Shown here one piece after another: positions 50,306-60,125 of a stretch of 64,000 nucleotides of DNA. Under the pieces are notes generated by a model. The model searched no databases. It had not been told where the DNA came from and saw only the letters and a program-made list of their open reading frames with translations. Position 1 is the stretch's first letter, and each line of letters opens with the position of its first letter. Both the position numbers and the translations under genes were made by a program. The DNA comes from a virus (Duplodnaviria; Caudoviricetes), in IMG/VR virus record IMGVR_UViG_3300028888_000073, positions 53,950-117,949 of that record. One strand, 5' to 3'.

Positions 50306-51094
50306 TTAGTGTAAACCATTCTGCTTCATAAATGTATCAAAGTCTACATCGTAATCAGTATCATCAAATTCGTCAAAATCAGTATCGTCAGTAAACTCAG
50401 ATTCTCCGGTAAAGTCAGTAACTCTGTAACCACACACATCATCATCTTTATATCCGCCTGTAGGAAATCCCATAAATGTATCAATATATGCGTGTACTAT
50501 CCCATTATCTAGTATAACCTTTACTGTAAGATCATATCCGCTTGTCCACGCTTCCTGTTCAAATAACTCTGCATAATCATCTGCAAGTGTTTCCTCAGTT
50601 GTTTCTCCATACAGTGCTTCGTGTACATTATCATTTATATCTCTGTATTCTTTCCAACCAAAAAAGTTTACAAGTTTATTCCAAGCTATTTTACGGTTTT
50701 CTGCTTCTTGATCATCGACAGTAATAACAAGTACCGGAAATTTTGTATCCCATCCGAAAGCGTTTCCTGCCGACATCATTCTATGAAGTCCCTCTTGCTG
50801 TCGGTCTGCATAGTTGATATAGCACATCGGAAATTTATCACCGTTGATCATATCCTCAGTGTATTTCTTTGAATGTTTATCATCTCTGCTATCTTTTAAG
50901 TCAGCAAGACTATTATTAAAAATTTTATCAGCACATTCTTTGAAATATTCATTCGGGGACATTTGAACTACTTCACCAATACGGTTATCATTGCTTTCAG
51001 ATGATCCTGTTTTTAGGATTCTATCATAATATGGTATTTTAGTTTTATCTAAAAATGGATTAATATCCACGCTTTCATCTATGCGTAATTTCAC
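50306..51094 (-). CDS. ParB/Srx-like N-domain protein with KLRIDES leader and acidic tail
   Basis: MSPNEY...GDKFP...QEGLHRMM.A...PV motif. Confidence 0.6.
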   Translation of the reverse strand: MKLRIDESVDINPFLDKTKIPYYDRILKTGSSESNDNRIGEVVQMSPNEYFKECADKIFNNSLADLKDSRDDKHSKKYTEDMINGDKFPMCYINYADRQQEGLHRMMSAGNAFGWDTKFPVLVITVDDQEAENRKIAWNKLVNFFGWKEYRDINDNVHEALYGETTEETLADDYAELFEQEAWTSGYDLTVKVILDNGIVHAYIDTFMGFPTGGYKDDDVCGYRVTDFTGESEFTDDTDFDEFDDTDYDVDFDTFMKQNGLH

Positions 51095-51192
51095 CGATCA
51101 TCAACTCCAATATAAATTATTGTGATTACATATTATAGTGTTTACATTTCATTGTATCAAGTGTACTGTAATAATTTAGTTTGGCTATACTG

Positions 51193-51510
51193 TTACTCAG
51201 GTTTTATCTTTCCGTCCTTATACAGCGTTTCCTTATATCGTCTATGCTCACTCATTGCCTTTGTATGTGCATCCTTATCATAATAATCTTTCCAGTGATT
51301 CTTAATATGTTCATCATTCTTCTGCTTGCTTACAGGGTTTACTGTAATAAGAATCAGCTTTTTAGACACTCCATACTCTTTAGCAAGTCCATTAAGACTG
51401 TAGAATCCTGTTTCATATTTCTTACGAATTTCAGCTTTCTTATCTTCGGTCAGCTTTACACGGCGATCATACATTTCCGGAAGTTTAATAGCTTCACTCT
51501 TTCTAGGCAT
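51193..51510 (-). CDS. Helix-turn-helix DNA-binding protein
   Basis: KLTEDxxxEIR...SLNGLAKEYGVSKKLI. Confidence 0.75.
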   Translation of the reverse strand: MPRKSEAIKLPEMYDRRVKLTEDKKAEIRKKYETGFYSLNGLAKEYGVSKKLILITVNPVSKQKNDEHIKNHWKDYYDKDAHTKAMSEHRRYKETLYKDGKIKPE

Positions 51511-51559
51511 ATGTGTTACCCCCTTATACAAAAACTACTTGACAAGTTCCTACAAATAT

Positions 51560-51588
51560 AGTATATCACATTTGTAAGAAAATGTCAA
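51560..51588 (-). promoter_or_regulatory. Repeated promoter, copy 13
   Basis: TTGACA-N17-TATACT with TGn. Confidence 0.85.
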
Positions 51589-51615
51589 GCAGAATTAGAA
51601 AATATCTATATTTAA

Positions 51616-52044
51616 TTAATTAGTTCCAGTGCTACCAAAACCGCCGCGATCAACGCCATCAAGAGATTCAACTTGTTCAAACTCTACAGGCGGCTGAATT
51701 TTATTTAATCTGAATTGACAAATTCTGTCATTCTTTTTAATCTCTGTATTACGTGTAGCATATACAGGAAGAAACCATTGATCGTTATCACCGCTGTAAG
51801 AATTATCAATAACAGCAAATGAATTAGTCTGAACAATTCCATAATGCTTAAATGTACTTGATCTAGGAACAATGTTAGCTTCATACCCATCAGGAAGTTG
51901 CATTGCAACTCCTAGCGGGATTAGAGTAGACTCTCCTTTGTACAGCTTTACATCTTCTGCACATCGCAAGTCAATCCAATCACCATTTGTGATAGGTGCA
52001 ATCTTATCAATATCGGTAAAGTATTTGATTTTAATTTTATTCAT
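51616..52044 (-). CDS. dut: Trimeric dUTPase
   Basis: [21 protein letters not shown] and RGGFGSTG motifs. Confidence 0.95.
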   Translation of the reverse strand: MNKIKIKYFTDIDKIAPITNGDWIDLRCAEDVKLYKGESTLIPLGVAMQLPDGYEANIVPRSSTFKHYGIVQTNSFAVIDNSYSGDNDQWFLPVYATRNTEIKKNDRICQFRLNKIQPPVEFEQVESLDGVDRGGFGSTGTN

Positions 52045-52049
52045 AGCCG

Positions 52050-52988
52050 TTACTCCTTAATAGAATTTAGATAATCCATTGCAGATACAACTGCATTTGC
52101 ACCGTCTGCTGAAGCTGTAACACACTGTCGAAGTCTCTTAGTTCTAGCATCTCCGGCAACAAAGAAACCTTTACTTGACGTTGTTCCAGTCTCATGACCA
52201 ACAATAAATCCTGCATTATCTCTTACAAGATCATATACATACATGTCAACATCTACAGGCTTCATACCAATAGCTACGAACACTCCATCCGTCATGATAG
52301 CATCATTAACATTAGGAGAACTCTTATCAGTACAGATGAGTTCTATGAATTTTCCGGTTTCATTTCTGATAGAACCAATCGGGAAATTTTTTACAATTGT
52401 AATATTCTCTCTGTGCTTAACTCTCTCGACCTCAATAGCATCGGCGGTAATATTTTCGTCACACATAACAATCAGTACATTCCTACATGTATTTGATAAA
52501 TGCAACGCTTCTGTAAATGCAGAGTTTCCACCGCCGACAACTACAACGTCCTTTCCATTGTACAGATAGCCGTCACACGTTGCGCAATAGTGTATGTGTA
52601 TGTTATCACCTATGTCTGCATTAAGATGCCTGTGTGTGCATCCTAGTGCATATATGACGGATTTAGCATAGTATTTATTGTGTTCTCCGGTTATTTCAAA
52701 TACAGGATATTTGTACTTATCGTCAATGTATTTATAGATCGTAATTACTTCATCTTCAACAACTTCAATAGATAGTTCTCTGAGATGGTCTGCAAACTTA
52801 CTGCCTAGTTCAAATCCTGAAATGAACGGAAATCCTAGATAATTTTCAATTGATATTGCATTATCTACCTGACCATGTACATCTTCATCAATGCCGATTA
52901 AAGTAAAATCAAGTCCTGCTCTTTTAGCATAAACTGCCGCAGTCATACCTGCAATACCGTTACCGAGAATAATAAGGTCTTTCATCAT
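52050..52988 (-). CDS. trxB: Thioredoxin reductase
   Basis: GxGxAG, ENYLG, redox CATCD, GGGNSA and AGD motifs. Confidence 0.9.
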   Translation of the reverse strand: MMKDLIILGNGIAGMTAAVYAKRAGLDFTLIGIDEDVHGQVDNAISIENYLGFPFISGFELGSKFADHLRELSIEVVEDEVITIYKYIDDKYKYPVFEITGEHNKYYAKSVIYALGCTHRHLNADIGDNIHIHYCATCDGYLYNGKDVVVVGGGNSAFTEALHLSNTCRNVLIVMCDENITADAIEVERVKHRENITIVKNFPIGSIRNETGKFIELICTDKSSPNVNDAIMTDGVFVAIGMKPVDVDMYVYDLVRDNAGFIVGHETGTTSSKGFFVAGDARTKRLRQCVTASADGANAVVSAMDYLNSIKE

Positions 52989-53497
52989 GAAGTCACCTCA
53001 TCTATAGTAGTACAGAGGTCATAAAGATCATAATCAATATCGTCAATTTGAATAACACTAAAACCACAATCAAGCAATCCACCTACATCCTCTTTGTAAT
53101 GTTCTTTTGCTCGATAGTAAGCGCGTCTGTCTTTGTCAAGACCACTTTCATTATATCTAGTTTTCAGTTTCAATAACCAATCGGATTCAATTTCAAGTGA
53201 TGGGCATACAACAATTACCGGAATATCCGGATTACTTACATTCATCTTCAACGCCATGACAACATCATAATGAGAACTTACAAACACATTGTAATCCTGT
53301 GAAGCTAAATCTTCTGCAACTTGTGCATAAAAACAGTACCATTTTTCAGGTTCTCTTCCGTCATGGAAATTAGAACTTTCCAAGTCAATAAACTTGTGCT
53401 CTGTGTTATGCGAACATAGTGTTGATTTTCCAACTCCCGGATATCCAATAATAATTTTACCTGACATAACAAATCCTCCATGTTTTATTATATGCAT
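52985..53497 (-). CDS. P-loop kinase-like protein
   Basis: GYPGVGKS...IDLESS. Confidence 0.75.
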   Translation of the reverse strand: MHIIKHGGFVMSGKIIIGYPGVGKSTLCSHNTEHKFIDLESSNFHDGREPEKWYCFYAQVAEDLASQDYNVFVSSHYDVVMALKMNVSNPDIPVIVVCPSLEIESDWLLKLKTRYNESGLDKDRRAYYRAKEHYKEDVGGLLDCGFSVIQIDDIDYDLYDLCTTIDEVTS

Positions 53498-53504
53498 ATT
53501 AACA

Positions 53505-53541
53505 ACATTCTCCTAAAACATTGTGTATTTTAGGAGAATGT
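53505..53541 (-). terminator. Hairpin after nrdG
   Basis: ACATTCTCCTAAAA/TTTTAGGAGAATGT perfect inverted repeat. Confidence 0.65.
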
Positions 53542-53560
53542 GTCGTTTATAGGAGATATA

Positions 53561-54058
53561 TTAGGATATAATCTTTGCGTACTGATTATCAGATGAAAGA
53601 TATACTCCCAACACATCATCAAAGTGCTTTTTCTGATCCGGAATAAATCTACCAAATTTGATTATGATGTTTTCAAATTCTTTAATGGAATCTAATCTTG
53701 ATTTACTGAATCCTGATTCAGTGAGTTCTGTTTCAGTATATCCAGTATATATGATGATTTCATCTTTAATGTCATACTTATTCCGCGCAGTATCTATAAA
53801 ACTATACAGTTCATCGAACGTGTCAAACGGCTCTAGTCCACCGATAACAATTGATTCAGTAATATCATTATCAATGTACCGCTTGCATATATCATCATCA
53901 CTGATAGAAATATTTGTGGCATTTGCAAGTTCTGAATTCTGGCACACACATTTTCCACATTCAGCATCACACTTAAATGAGCACTTTGAAGTTGCAATGA
54001 ACATGCTTGCTTTTCTGTAATTTACAAAATCTTCATCAATTATTCCTTTTACATTCAA
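53561..54058 (-). CDS. nrdG: Anaerobic ribonucleotide reductase activase
   Basis: Cys cluster CSFKC...CQN, GGLEPF, IYTGY and SxNQ motifs; overlaps nrdD. Confidence 0.85.
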   Translation of the reverse strand: MNVKGIIDEDFVNYRKASMFIATSKCSFKCDAECGKCVCQNSELANATNISISDDDICKRYIDNDITESIVIGGLEPFDTFDELYSFIDTARNKYDIKDEIIIYTGYTETELTESGFSKSRLDSIKEFENIIIKFGRFIPDQKKHFDDVLGVYLSSDNQYAKIIS

Positions 54059-56949
54059 ACCAAGTCACCCTTGCTCTCGGCAAACGCATACCATCTTCTA
54101 GCGGTAAACTCCTTAAACCTATCCTTAGAGTATGATTTACTAGGTGTTAAGAATCCAACAATTCTTTGATATGTGTCAAACACAGGCTCTCCACACTCAG
54201 GACACGTAGTAGTGCCAACAAAGCCGTGATGGTTCTTACAAACATTGATCTTAGTATTAAATGCAAAATACATTACGCCGGACTTAGCAATCTTATTGAG
54301 CATCTTCCATGCAACTTCTGTATTCGGGAAATTGCTTTCAAGATTAATATGTGCGATTGCTCCGCCGCCGCAACGCTTATCAAGAATTGAAGATAGTCTA
54401 AGTTTTTCCTGAATAGTACATTTTGCAGTAAGCGGTATCCATTGATTTGAATAAATAAATTTATCAGAATCAGGATTGAACAGCTTATTATCCTTTTGAC
54501 AGAGAACAACTGCGGCTCTTTCGGCAGGAACAGATTCAATGTTGAATGAATATTTATCCGTAAAGTTATCCTTTACATCGTTAATCGTATCAAATATTCT
54601 ATTTGCAAAATCAACGCCTTTATCTGTGTAATACACGTTACCAAACTCATCTGTTCTAGTATATCCCATAGCTTCAATCACTTCAAACAGACCAAGAATA
54701 CCAACTGTGCAATACTGTTTTGCAAGTTCGATACCGCCGTCCTGATAGTTAGGTAGCCATCCCTTTTCAATATTTCTTGAAATGATATGACGTACTCTAT
54801 CAAGAACTTTACAACAAAGTGTTGTGCGATCTTTGAGCAGTTCAAGGTACGATTCCTCTGAATCTGTTTCATAAAAGATTCTCATAAGGTTTATCGTATT
54901 CACCTTTACTGATCCAATTGACAGCGCAGTTCCCCCGATTGAGTTGATAAATGCGTCTAATTTTGTTGTATCAGAAAGAAGTCGGCAGTTGTGAGAAATG
55001 ATACCGTTAGGAAGTGTGAAGTATGGCTCATCCTCATTGCTCATTTCAAAACAATACACATATACATCATTATAATGTTCAATTGGTTCAACAGATACAA
55101 CCTTAACCGGGAATGTACCTTTTTTGTTCTTATGATTATTATTAATTAAACGTATAGAATACATAGTGTGATCTTCTTCTTTTTTACCAACTGTATTAAT
55201 TTTACTGGTCTTTCCGAGTGATGTGATCAAGCATTCAATCTGACGTACCAATTTTGATGATGTTGTATGTACGACTTTTGAATCGTTCCAATCAACTGTA
55301 TAAAATCCATTAAGAATTCCATTTCTGAAATCTGCACTTTGTAGCAAGCAATCAATATTAAGTTCTCTATCATAGCAATAGTTGCCAGAAACCCACTTGC
55401 TGATAAAATCAAATACATCATTACTTACAATACTTGCAGTATAAGCGAAACTGCACGATGTATCAATTACACATTCTGCATCGGTATCAATCGACTTAAT
55501 AGCGTCTTTTATTGTTTCAATAGCTGATTTATAATTTTTCGGATTAAGTGAAATTCTTACAACTTGTCTGTCTACATCAAAATTTCCTGATTCAATGCAC
55601 ATTCCTACAAGGAAACCTTGTGCATACGTCAAACCGGAATCACACTCACTTACTGATTCAAGAACATCGCAGTTAGAGATTAGATAATCCTCTGTTGTAA
55701 TATCACTTACTTTTTTATCTCCACTCAATGTAGGGAAAATGTGGTTATCTGTAACATACAACTCTTTTTTATTTGATGTGACAATCTTGTACATCTTTCT
55801 TTTAGGAAGTCTAATAATCCTTCCGTCAACCCAATGTCCTTTATGGAAAATCTTGAAATAATCTTTCTTAGATTCATACAACTCTTCAAACGACATATAA
55901 TTAACGCCGTTAGATGATTTTGTCAAACACATCTGTTTACCGGAGAAACAACAATTACTGAGGACTCCTACATTATCACTAATAAAGAAATTACTATCAT
56001 TCCATTTTACATTGTGATCTGAACACCATCTAGCAAAATCTTCATCAACAAATTTACCGTCCTTGTACAGTAAGCTATATGTTAAAACAGGGTGTGTGAA
56101 CATATTACTGCTTCTGATAGCTGACACAACTTCCATGAATACCTTTTCAACTTCAATAATTTCATCTACGTAATCAATTGCAAAAGTACCATCAGGAAAT
56201 TCAACGCCGCCGAACAGTTCTTCAATATAGCATCTGTCAAAGATTGATATGTTAGTGAACGAACTCTGATCTACTCTTAGGAATGGTTGATTTAGTCTGT
56301 ATATAAGTTTTTGTAGGCATTGACGTAAGTAATAATCTTTATCCTTTATATAATAACCAGTTTCACAATCTGATTTCCAGAAATAGAAACTCCAAATAAG
56401 GATATTCGGAAGCCCTACTGCGCCGCTTGATCTATTGCACATGAACGAAACATATTCAATAACATCATCAAGGAATGTCGTAAGATGCTTTGGAGGTTCA
56501 TTGTTATAATTAGCCAAAAAGAATAAACCCTCTTTAGCCAATCTTGTAAGGTCATATGCATAACAATACGGGACTTGTGAAGAAGACGGAGCATCGTGAA
56601 GATAGAATGCGCCGGTGTATTCGCAAGTTATCCATTCGTTAGCAACTTGATATCCATACTTCTTGTGAAGTTCATAGAATATTTTATTAAATGATGAAAG
56701 TTTATCATGTGGTTTGTACTTTTCATTCTTAATTGTTGCAATGTCTTTATGACTTACGGATGCATTCGGATCAATTGTAACATCACCGATTTTCTTATTA
56801 GTGTCGCGCTCCATTGCATTCAGGAAATCTGAAAAGTTCATTTGAGAATCATGGAATCCGTTCAATATTTGAAAATCCTCTCCGTAATTCTCTTTTAATG
56901 CATTCAACGATCTTGTAAAACTTAAACCTGTTTCAATATTAACATTCAT
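54055..56949 (-). CDS. nrdD: Class III ribonucleotide reductase with a cis-intein
   Basis: YLHD, YC, SPFTN-like SSFTN, PAE, GGxxxH, Zn site and glycyl-radical RIVGF motif. Confidence 0.95.
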   Translation of the reverse strand: MNVNIETGLSFTRSLNALKENYGEDFQILNGFHDSQMNFSDFLNAMERDTNKKIGDVTIDPNASVSHKDIATIKNEKYKPHDKLSSFNKIFYELHKKYGYQVANEWITCEYTGAFYLHDAPSSSQVPYCYAYDLTRLAKEGLFFLANYNNEPPKHLTTFLDDVIEYVSFMCNRSSGAVGLPNILIWSFYFWKSDCETGYYIKDKDYYLRQCLQKLIYRLNQPFLRVDQSSFTNISIFDRCYIEELFGGVEFPDGTFAIDYVDEIIEVEKVFMEVVSAIRSSNMFTHPVLTYSLLYKDGKFVDEDFARWCSDHNVKWNDSNFFISDNVGVLSNCCFSGKQMCLTKSSNGVNYMSFEELYESKKDYFKIFHKGHWVDGRIIRLPKRKMYKIVTSNKKELYVTDNHIFPTLSGDKKVSDITTEDYLISNCDVLESVSECDSGLTYAQGFLVGMCIESGNFDVDRQVVRISLNPKNYKSAIETIKDAIKSIDTDAECVIDTSCSFAYTASIVSNDVFDFISKWVSGNYCYDRELNIDCLLQSADFRNGILNGFYTVDWNDSKVVHTTSSKLVRQIECLITSLGKTSKINTVGKKEEDHTMYSIRLINNNHKNKKGTFPVKVVSVEPIEHYNDVYVYCFEMSNEDEPYFTLPNGIISHNCRLLSDTTKLDAFINSIGGTALSIGSVKVNTINLMRIFYETDSEESYLELLKDRTTLCCKVLDRVRHIISRNIEKGWLPNYQDGGIELAKQYCTVGILGLFEVIEAMGYTRTDEFGNVYYTDKGVDFANRIFDTINDVKDNFTDKYSFNIESVPAERAAVVLCQKDNKLFNPDSDKFIYSNQWIPLTAKCTIQEKLRLSSILDKRCGGGAIAHINLESNFPNTEVAWKMLNKIAKSGVMYFAFNTKINVCKNHHGFVGTTTCPECGEPVFDTYQRIVGFLTPSKSYSKDRFKEFTARRWYAFAESKGDLV
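54988..55950 (-). mobile_element. 321-aa intein in NrdD with degenerate LAGLIDADG domain
   Basis: SNC|CFSG...VTDNH...VYCFEM...FTLPNGIISHN|CRL. Confidence 0.9.
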
Positions 56950-56968
56950 AAAAAATCACCCACGTCAT

Positions 56969-57199
56969 TTAATTTTCAATATATTTATTTACATATTTTA
57001 CTGCATCCTTATAGGTAAGATAGTTAATTGATCCGCCGTAAATCGAAAGTACCGGAACTTCACTAAATCCTAGACTTTTGATTTTTTCAACATCATTGCA
57101 AATCTCATATGATAATGTAGACTTTTCAAGTTTCTTAGCAAGTACCTGACACTTTGGACAGCCTGTGCTATAAAGAACAGCATCGACCATATTACACAA
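56969..57199 (-). CDS. Glutaredoxin/NrdH-like redoxin
   Basis: LYSTGCPKC...VPVL; immediately upstream of nrdD. Confidence 0.8.
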   Translation of the reverse strand: MCNMVDAVLYSTGCPKCQVLAKKLEKSTLSYEICNDVEKIKSLGFSEVPVLSIYGGSINYLTYKDAVKYVNKYIEN

Positions 57200-57205
57200 C
57201 CCCTT

Positions 57206-57787
57206 TTAATTATTTTTATTTTCAGAAGCATCACGCATAATATCTGATACCTCTTTCACAACAATGTCCATATCTCTATTCGCGTTTATTGTGATCATCT
57301 CAATATCACATTCCTCATTATGACAATAATTCCATACAATCTTATGTACGCAGTTTTCAAGGTCTGATTCTTCATCTTTGTAAATTTTATTGAGTATTGT
57401 TGTATCACAATCTCCACGCTTACGCATATTGTCTATACGTGTGCGTATATTCGCTCCGAAATATATAACTATAATCTGTATTGATCTACCTAGTGTACTG
57501 ACAACATCCTCTAATCCTTTTCCGTCCATAACGAATATATCAGAGGATTCTAGCTGATCTATAGTCGTACAATACCTATAATCACCGATAACTGTTTCTG
57601 CCAATTTATTAGGCATGTCGGCATAATTTGGATCGGATACGAAAATATGAGATTCATCAATGTCATCTTTTCTAGGTTTTGTTGTGTATGATCTTGCTAC
57701 ACTATATCCGCCGACTGTTTCTAGTATGTTAGCCACAGCACACTTCCCAGATCCGGAATATCCGGTGAAAATGTATAACCTATTCAA
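57206..57787 (-). CDS. Guanylate kinase-like protein
   Basis: GYSGSGK, SYTTKPR, HIFV and RGD motifs. Confidence 0.8.
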   Translation of the reverse strand: MNRLYIFTGYSGSGKCAVANILETVGGYSVARSYTTKPRKDDIDESHIFVSDPNYADMPNKLAETVIGDYRYCTTIDQLESSDIFVMDGKGLEDVVSTLGRSIQIIVIYFGANIRTRIDNMRKRGDCDTTILNKIYKDEESDLENCVHKIVWNYCHNEECDIEMITINANRDMDIVVKEVSDIMRDASENKNN

Positions 57788-57997
57788 ATAATCACTCCCT
57801 CATATTCATGTGGTAAACCTTAATGTTGATAACAATAGATTATATATCATATCGAATTTCTATTTATTTTCAACAAACACATCGAATTGTTAATTACAAC
57901 AAATATCTGTTGAAATGTTTATGTAAGTTTTTTACAAACAATTAAAGAATTTACACCATATTGTTCGGAAACATAAACCGATACACAATATATTGTG

Positions 57998-58150
57998 TTA
58001 TGAAATATCTCCGCTGTCATCATCACTGTCATCATCGTATCTTTTATTGTTCTTAGAATTGCATTGTATATACACACTAACTGTATCAAGTATAAATTTT
58101 GAAACTATAACAATTGATATTGCTGTTACAAGAAATCTCCAAAAATCCAT
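57998..58150 (-). CDS. Small membrane protein
   Basis: AAGGAG RBS, one TM helix and acidic tail; resembles 27801..27962. Confidence 0.55.
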   Translation of the reverse strand: MDFWRFLVTAISIVIVSKFILDTVSVYIQCNSKNNKRYDDDSDDDSGDIS

Positions 58151-58183
58151 AATGGCAACACTCTCCTTATATGTGTTATATAT

Positions 58184-58212
58184 AGTATAGCACATTTATT
58201 TGTAGATGTCAA
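58184..58212 (-). promoter_or_regulatory. Repeated promoter, copy 14
   Basis: TTGACA-N17-TATACT with TGn; hairpin at 58228-58253. Confidence 0.8.
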
Positions 58213-58284
58213 TAGGATATACAGAAAAAGTGGTAACAAGATTATTACCACTTATTTCAGTATATTTATTCATTGCCTATAGCA

Positions 58285-59043
58285 TCAATCACTGTTTTGA
58301 ATAATTTCATCCCATGCTGTCGGTGTATCAAGTACCGTATTATACAGGAAGTATGTAAGAATATACTGTGCATCAACGGAATTGATTTCACCGTTATTGT
58401 CAATATCGGCTGACGGAGTATTACTAACTCTTTCAAGTTCTGCTTCTAGTTCAGCAATACGTGCATCCTTGTCAATAGGCGGATCACCAAATGGAATTGT
58501 AATTTCTGTACCGAAAATTGTTATTGACTGATCAGTATCCAAATAAGGTTCTTTTACATACAAGTCAAATGACATTATTGTACTACCAAGTGCTGAATCT
58601 GCGCTATGCGGAGTAATAACAGAGTAAACAGTGTGATTATTTGTATACGATACTGTGTATTTAGAATTAAAACGAGTGGTGAAGCTAGACCGTCCATAAG
58701 CCGCACACTCACCGACACTGGCGATCATCAAATCATCAAAAACAATATCACCAATTGATCCAATCGTCATGTTTCGTTTTGAGTCAATACATTGAATATC
58801 AATATGTATCTTACCACTATTGAACGCAACGATATTAGTACAAAGTGTGCATATAGCTCCAACATCGTTATTAGTTCCGACATCGTTATATATAGATGTT
58901 CTATATATACGTGTCTCTGGTTCTTCATATGAATATTTAGTAATATTGCTTGCATAACTCTTTGTATACACTCGATGCAATGTAGCAAAACTCAAAGCCA
59001 TCACACACGCACAAAGTCCGGCTGTAAATTTCATGAATTTCAT
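58285..59043 (-). CDS. Secreted beta-rich protein with coiled coil and C-terminal dockerin-like repeat
   Basis: N-terminal signal peptide; KDARIAELEAEL; ADIDNNGEINSVDAQYILTYF...WDEII. Confidence 0.75.
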   Translation of the reverse strand: MKFMKFTAGLCACVMALSFATLHRVYTKSYASNITKYSYEEPETRIYRTSIYNDVGTNNDVGAICTLCTNIVAFNSGKIHIDIQCIDSKRNMTIGSIGDIVFDDLMIASVGECAAYGRSSFTTRFNSKYTVSYTNNHTVYSVITPHSADSALGSTIMSFDLYVKEPYLDTDQSITIFGTEITIPFGDPPIDKDARIAELEAELERVSNTPSADIDNNGEINSVDAQYILTYFLYNTVLDTPTAWDEIIQNSD

Positions 59044-59072
59044 AAATAACTCTCCTTTATACGCATTTTTAA

Positions 59073-59360
59073 TTATTCCATGTAGTTTTCAAGGAAATCC
59101 GTAACCTCTTCATCAAGTTCATTGAAAAACTTATAAGGGTCTTCTTCAAAGTCAACACCTATTATAAAATCATATGTCGCAACCTCGCCGCCGCATTCAT
59201 ATTCAACATAAACATTAACATAACCTTTAACTATGTCTACAGTGACGAATGCATCATATAAATCTGATAACTTTACAAATTTCTCGTAAGTATTACATCG
59301 CTCCAACGTGAAACCGTTTTCTGTCAATATATTTGGATTACTTCTAGCTAAAATCCCCAT
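59073..59360 (-). CDS. Hypothetical protein
   Basis: AAGGAG RBS before ATG at 59360. Confidence 0.65.
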   Translation of the reverse strand: MGILARSNPNILTENGFTLERCNTYEKFVKLSDLYDAFVTVDIVKGYVNVYVEYECGGEVATYDFIIGVDFEEDPYKFFNELDEEVTDFLENYME

Positions 59361-59538
59361 AGCAAATACTCCTTTGCCACTTATCACAGTAATTAGTCAT
59401 GCACTGTAAATATCCTATATAATGATCATCAATATTACAATAACATTCAATGCGATTATTTTATGAACGTCTTATATTATGAGCACATGAACAGCACACG
59501 ATTTCAGAATCTTCATCTTCCTGATACTTCAATTCCAT
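59344..59538 (-). pseudogene. Cys-rich small gene interrupted by an in-frame TAA at 59461-59463
   Basis: MELKYQ...CCSCAHNIRRS*NNRIECYCNIDDHYIGYLQC...CDKW continues in frame; GAGG RBS. Confidence 0.5.
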
Positions 59539-59550
59539 ACCGTTGTAACC

Positions 59551-60125
59551 TCACTTACGAATAATCTTTGCAAACATGATGTATTCCTCAATATTATCTG
59601 CAAGATCATATTTATAATCGTCAGATTCATCTCGTGCTTTTTCAAAGATAGCTTCCGCCGCTTCTTCGCAAAGTCCCGGAATCTCCTGTCTAATATATGC
59701 ATAAATTTTCTTAGTTGCTTCATCAAGCATAATAGTGCGATAACGTCTTACGTCTTCACAAGCCTTATCATACTTAGAATTATGCTCCTTGCACTTTTCT
59801 CTATTCCACTTTACCGTTTCATTTTCATCAAATATATGATCAGCGCGCACTCTAGTGAAATCCGGAAGTATCGGCATATTAATTGCATTTACATATTCAT
59901 TCACAACACCGTTAATATTCATATTAACACCTCTCCTTAATTGTTCTTTTGTGCTGTCAAAGCCTTTAATATTAAATTTTTATTACATCCACCGCAAACA
60001 TCATCAAAAAGCGGACAATATGTGCCTAAAGAATCGTCATAACACGCCGCAGTAAGTCTATCCAGAAATTCTGCAAGCTGTTCGTCCGACATATTTCTAA
60101 TTTCATCACCTTTTGTCATAGGCAC
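59551..60125 (-). CDS. Two hypothetical genes (59551..59922, 59937..60125)
   Basis: Packed ORFs; second has the IRNMSDEQLAEFL phage motif. Confidence 0.65.

Noticed and set aside
53561-54058. Non-canonical Cys spacing in NrdG as a sign of inactivation
   Set aside because: Enough cysteines remain for cluster binding, the other motifs are intact, and the gene is coupled to nrdD
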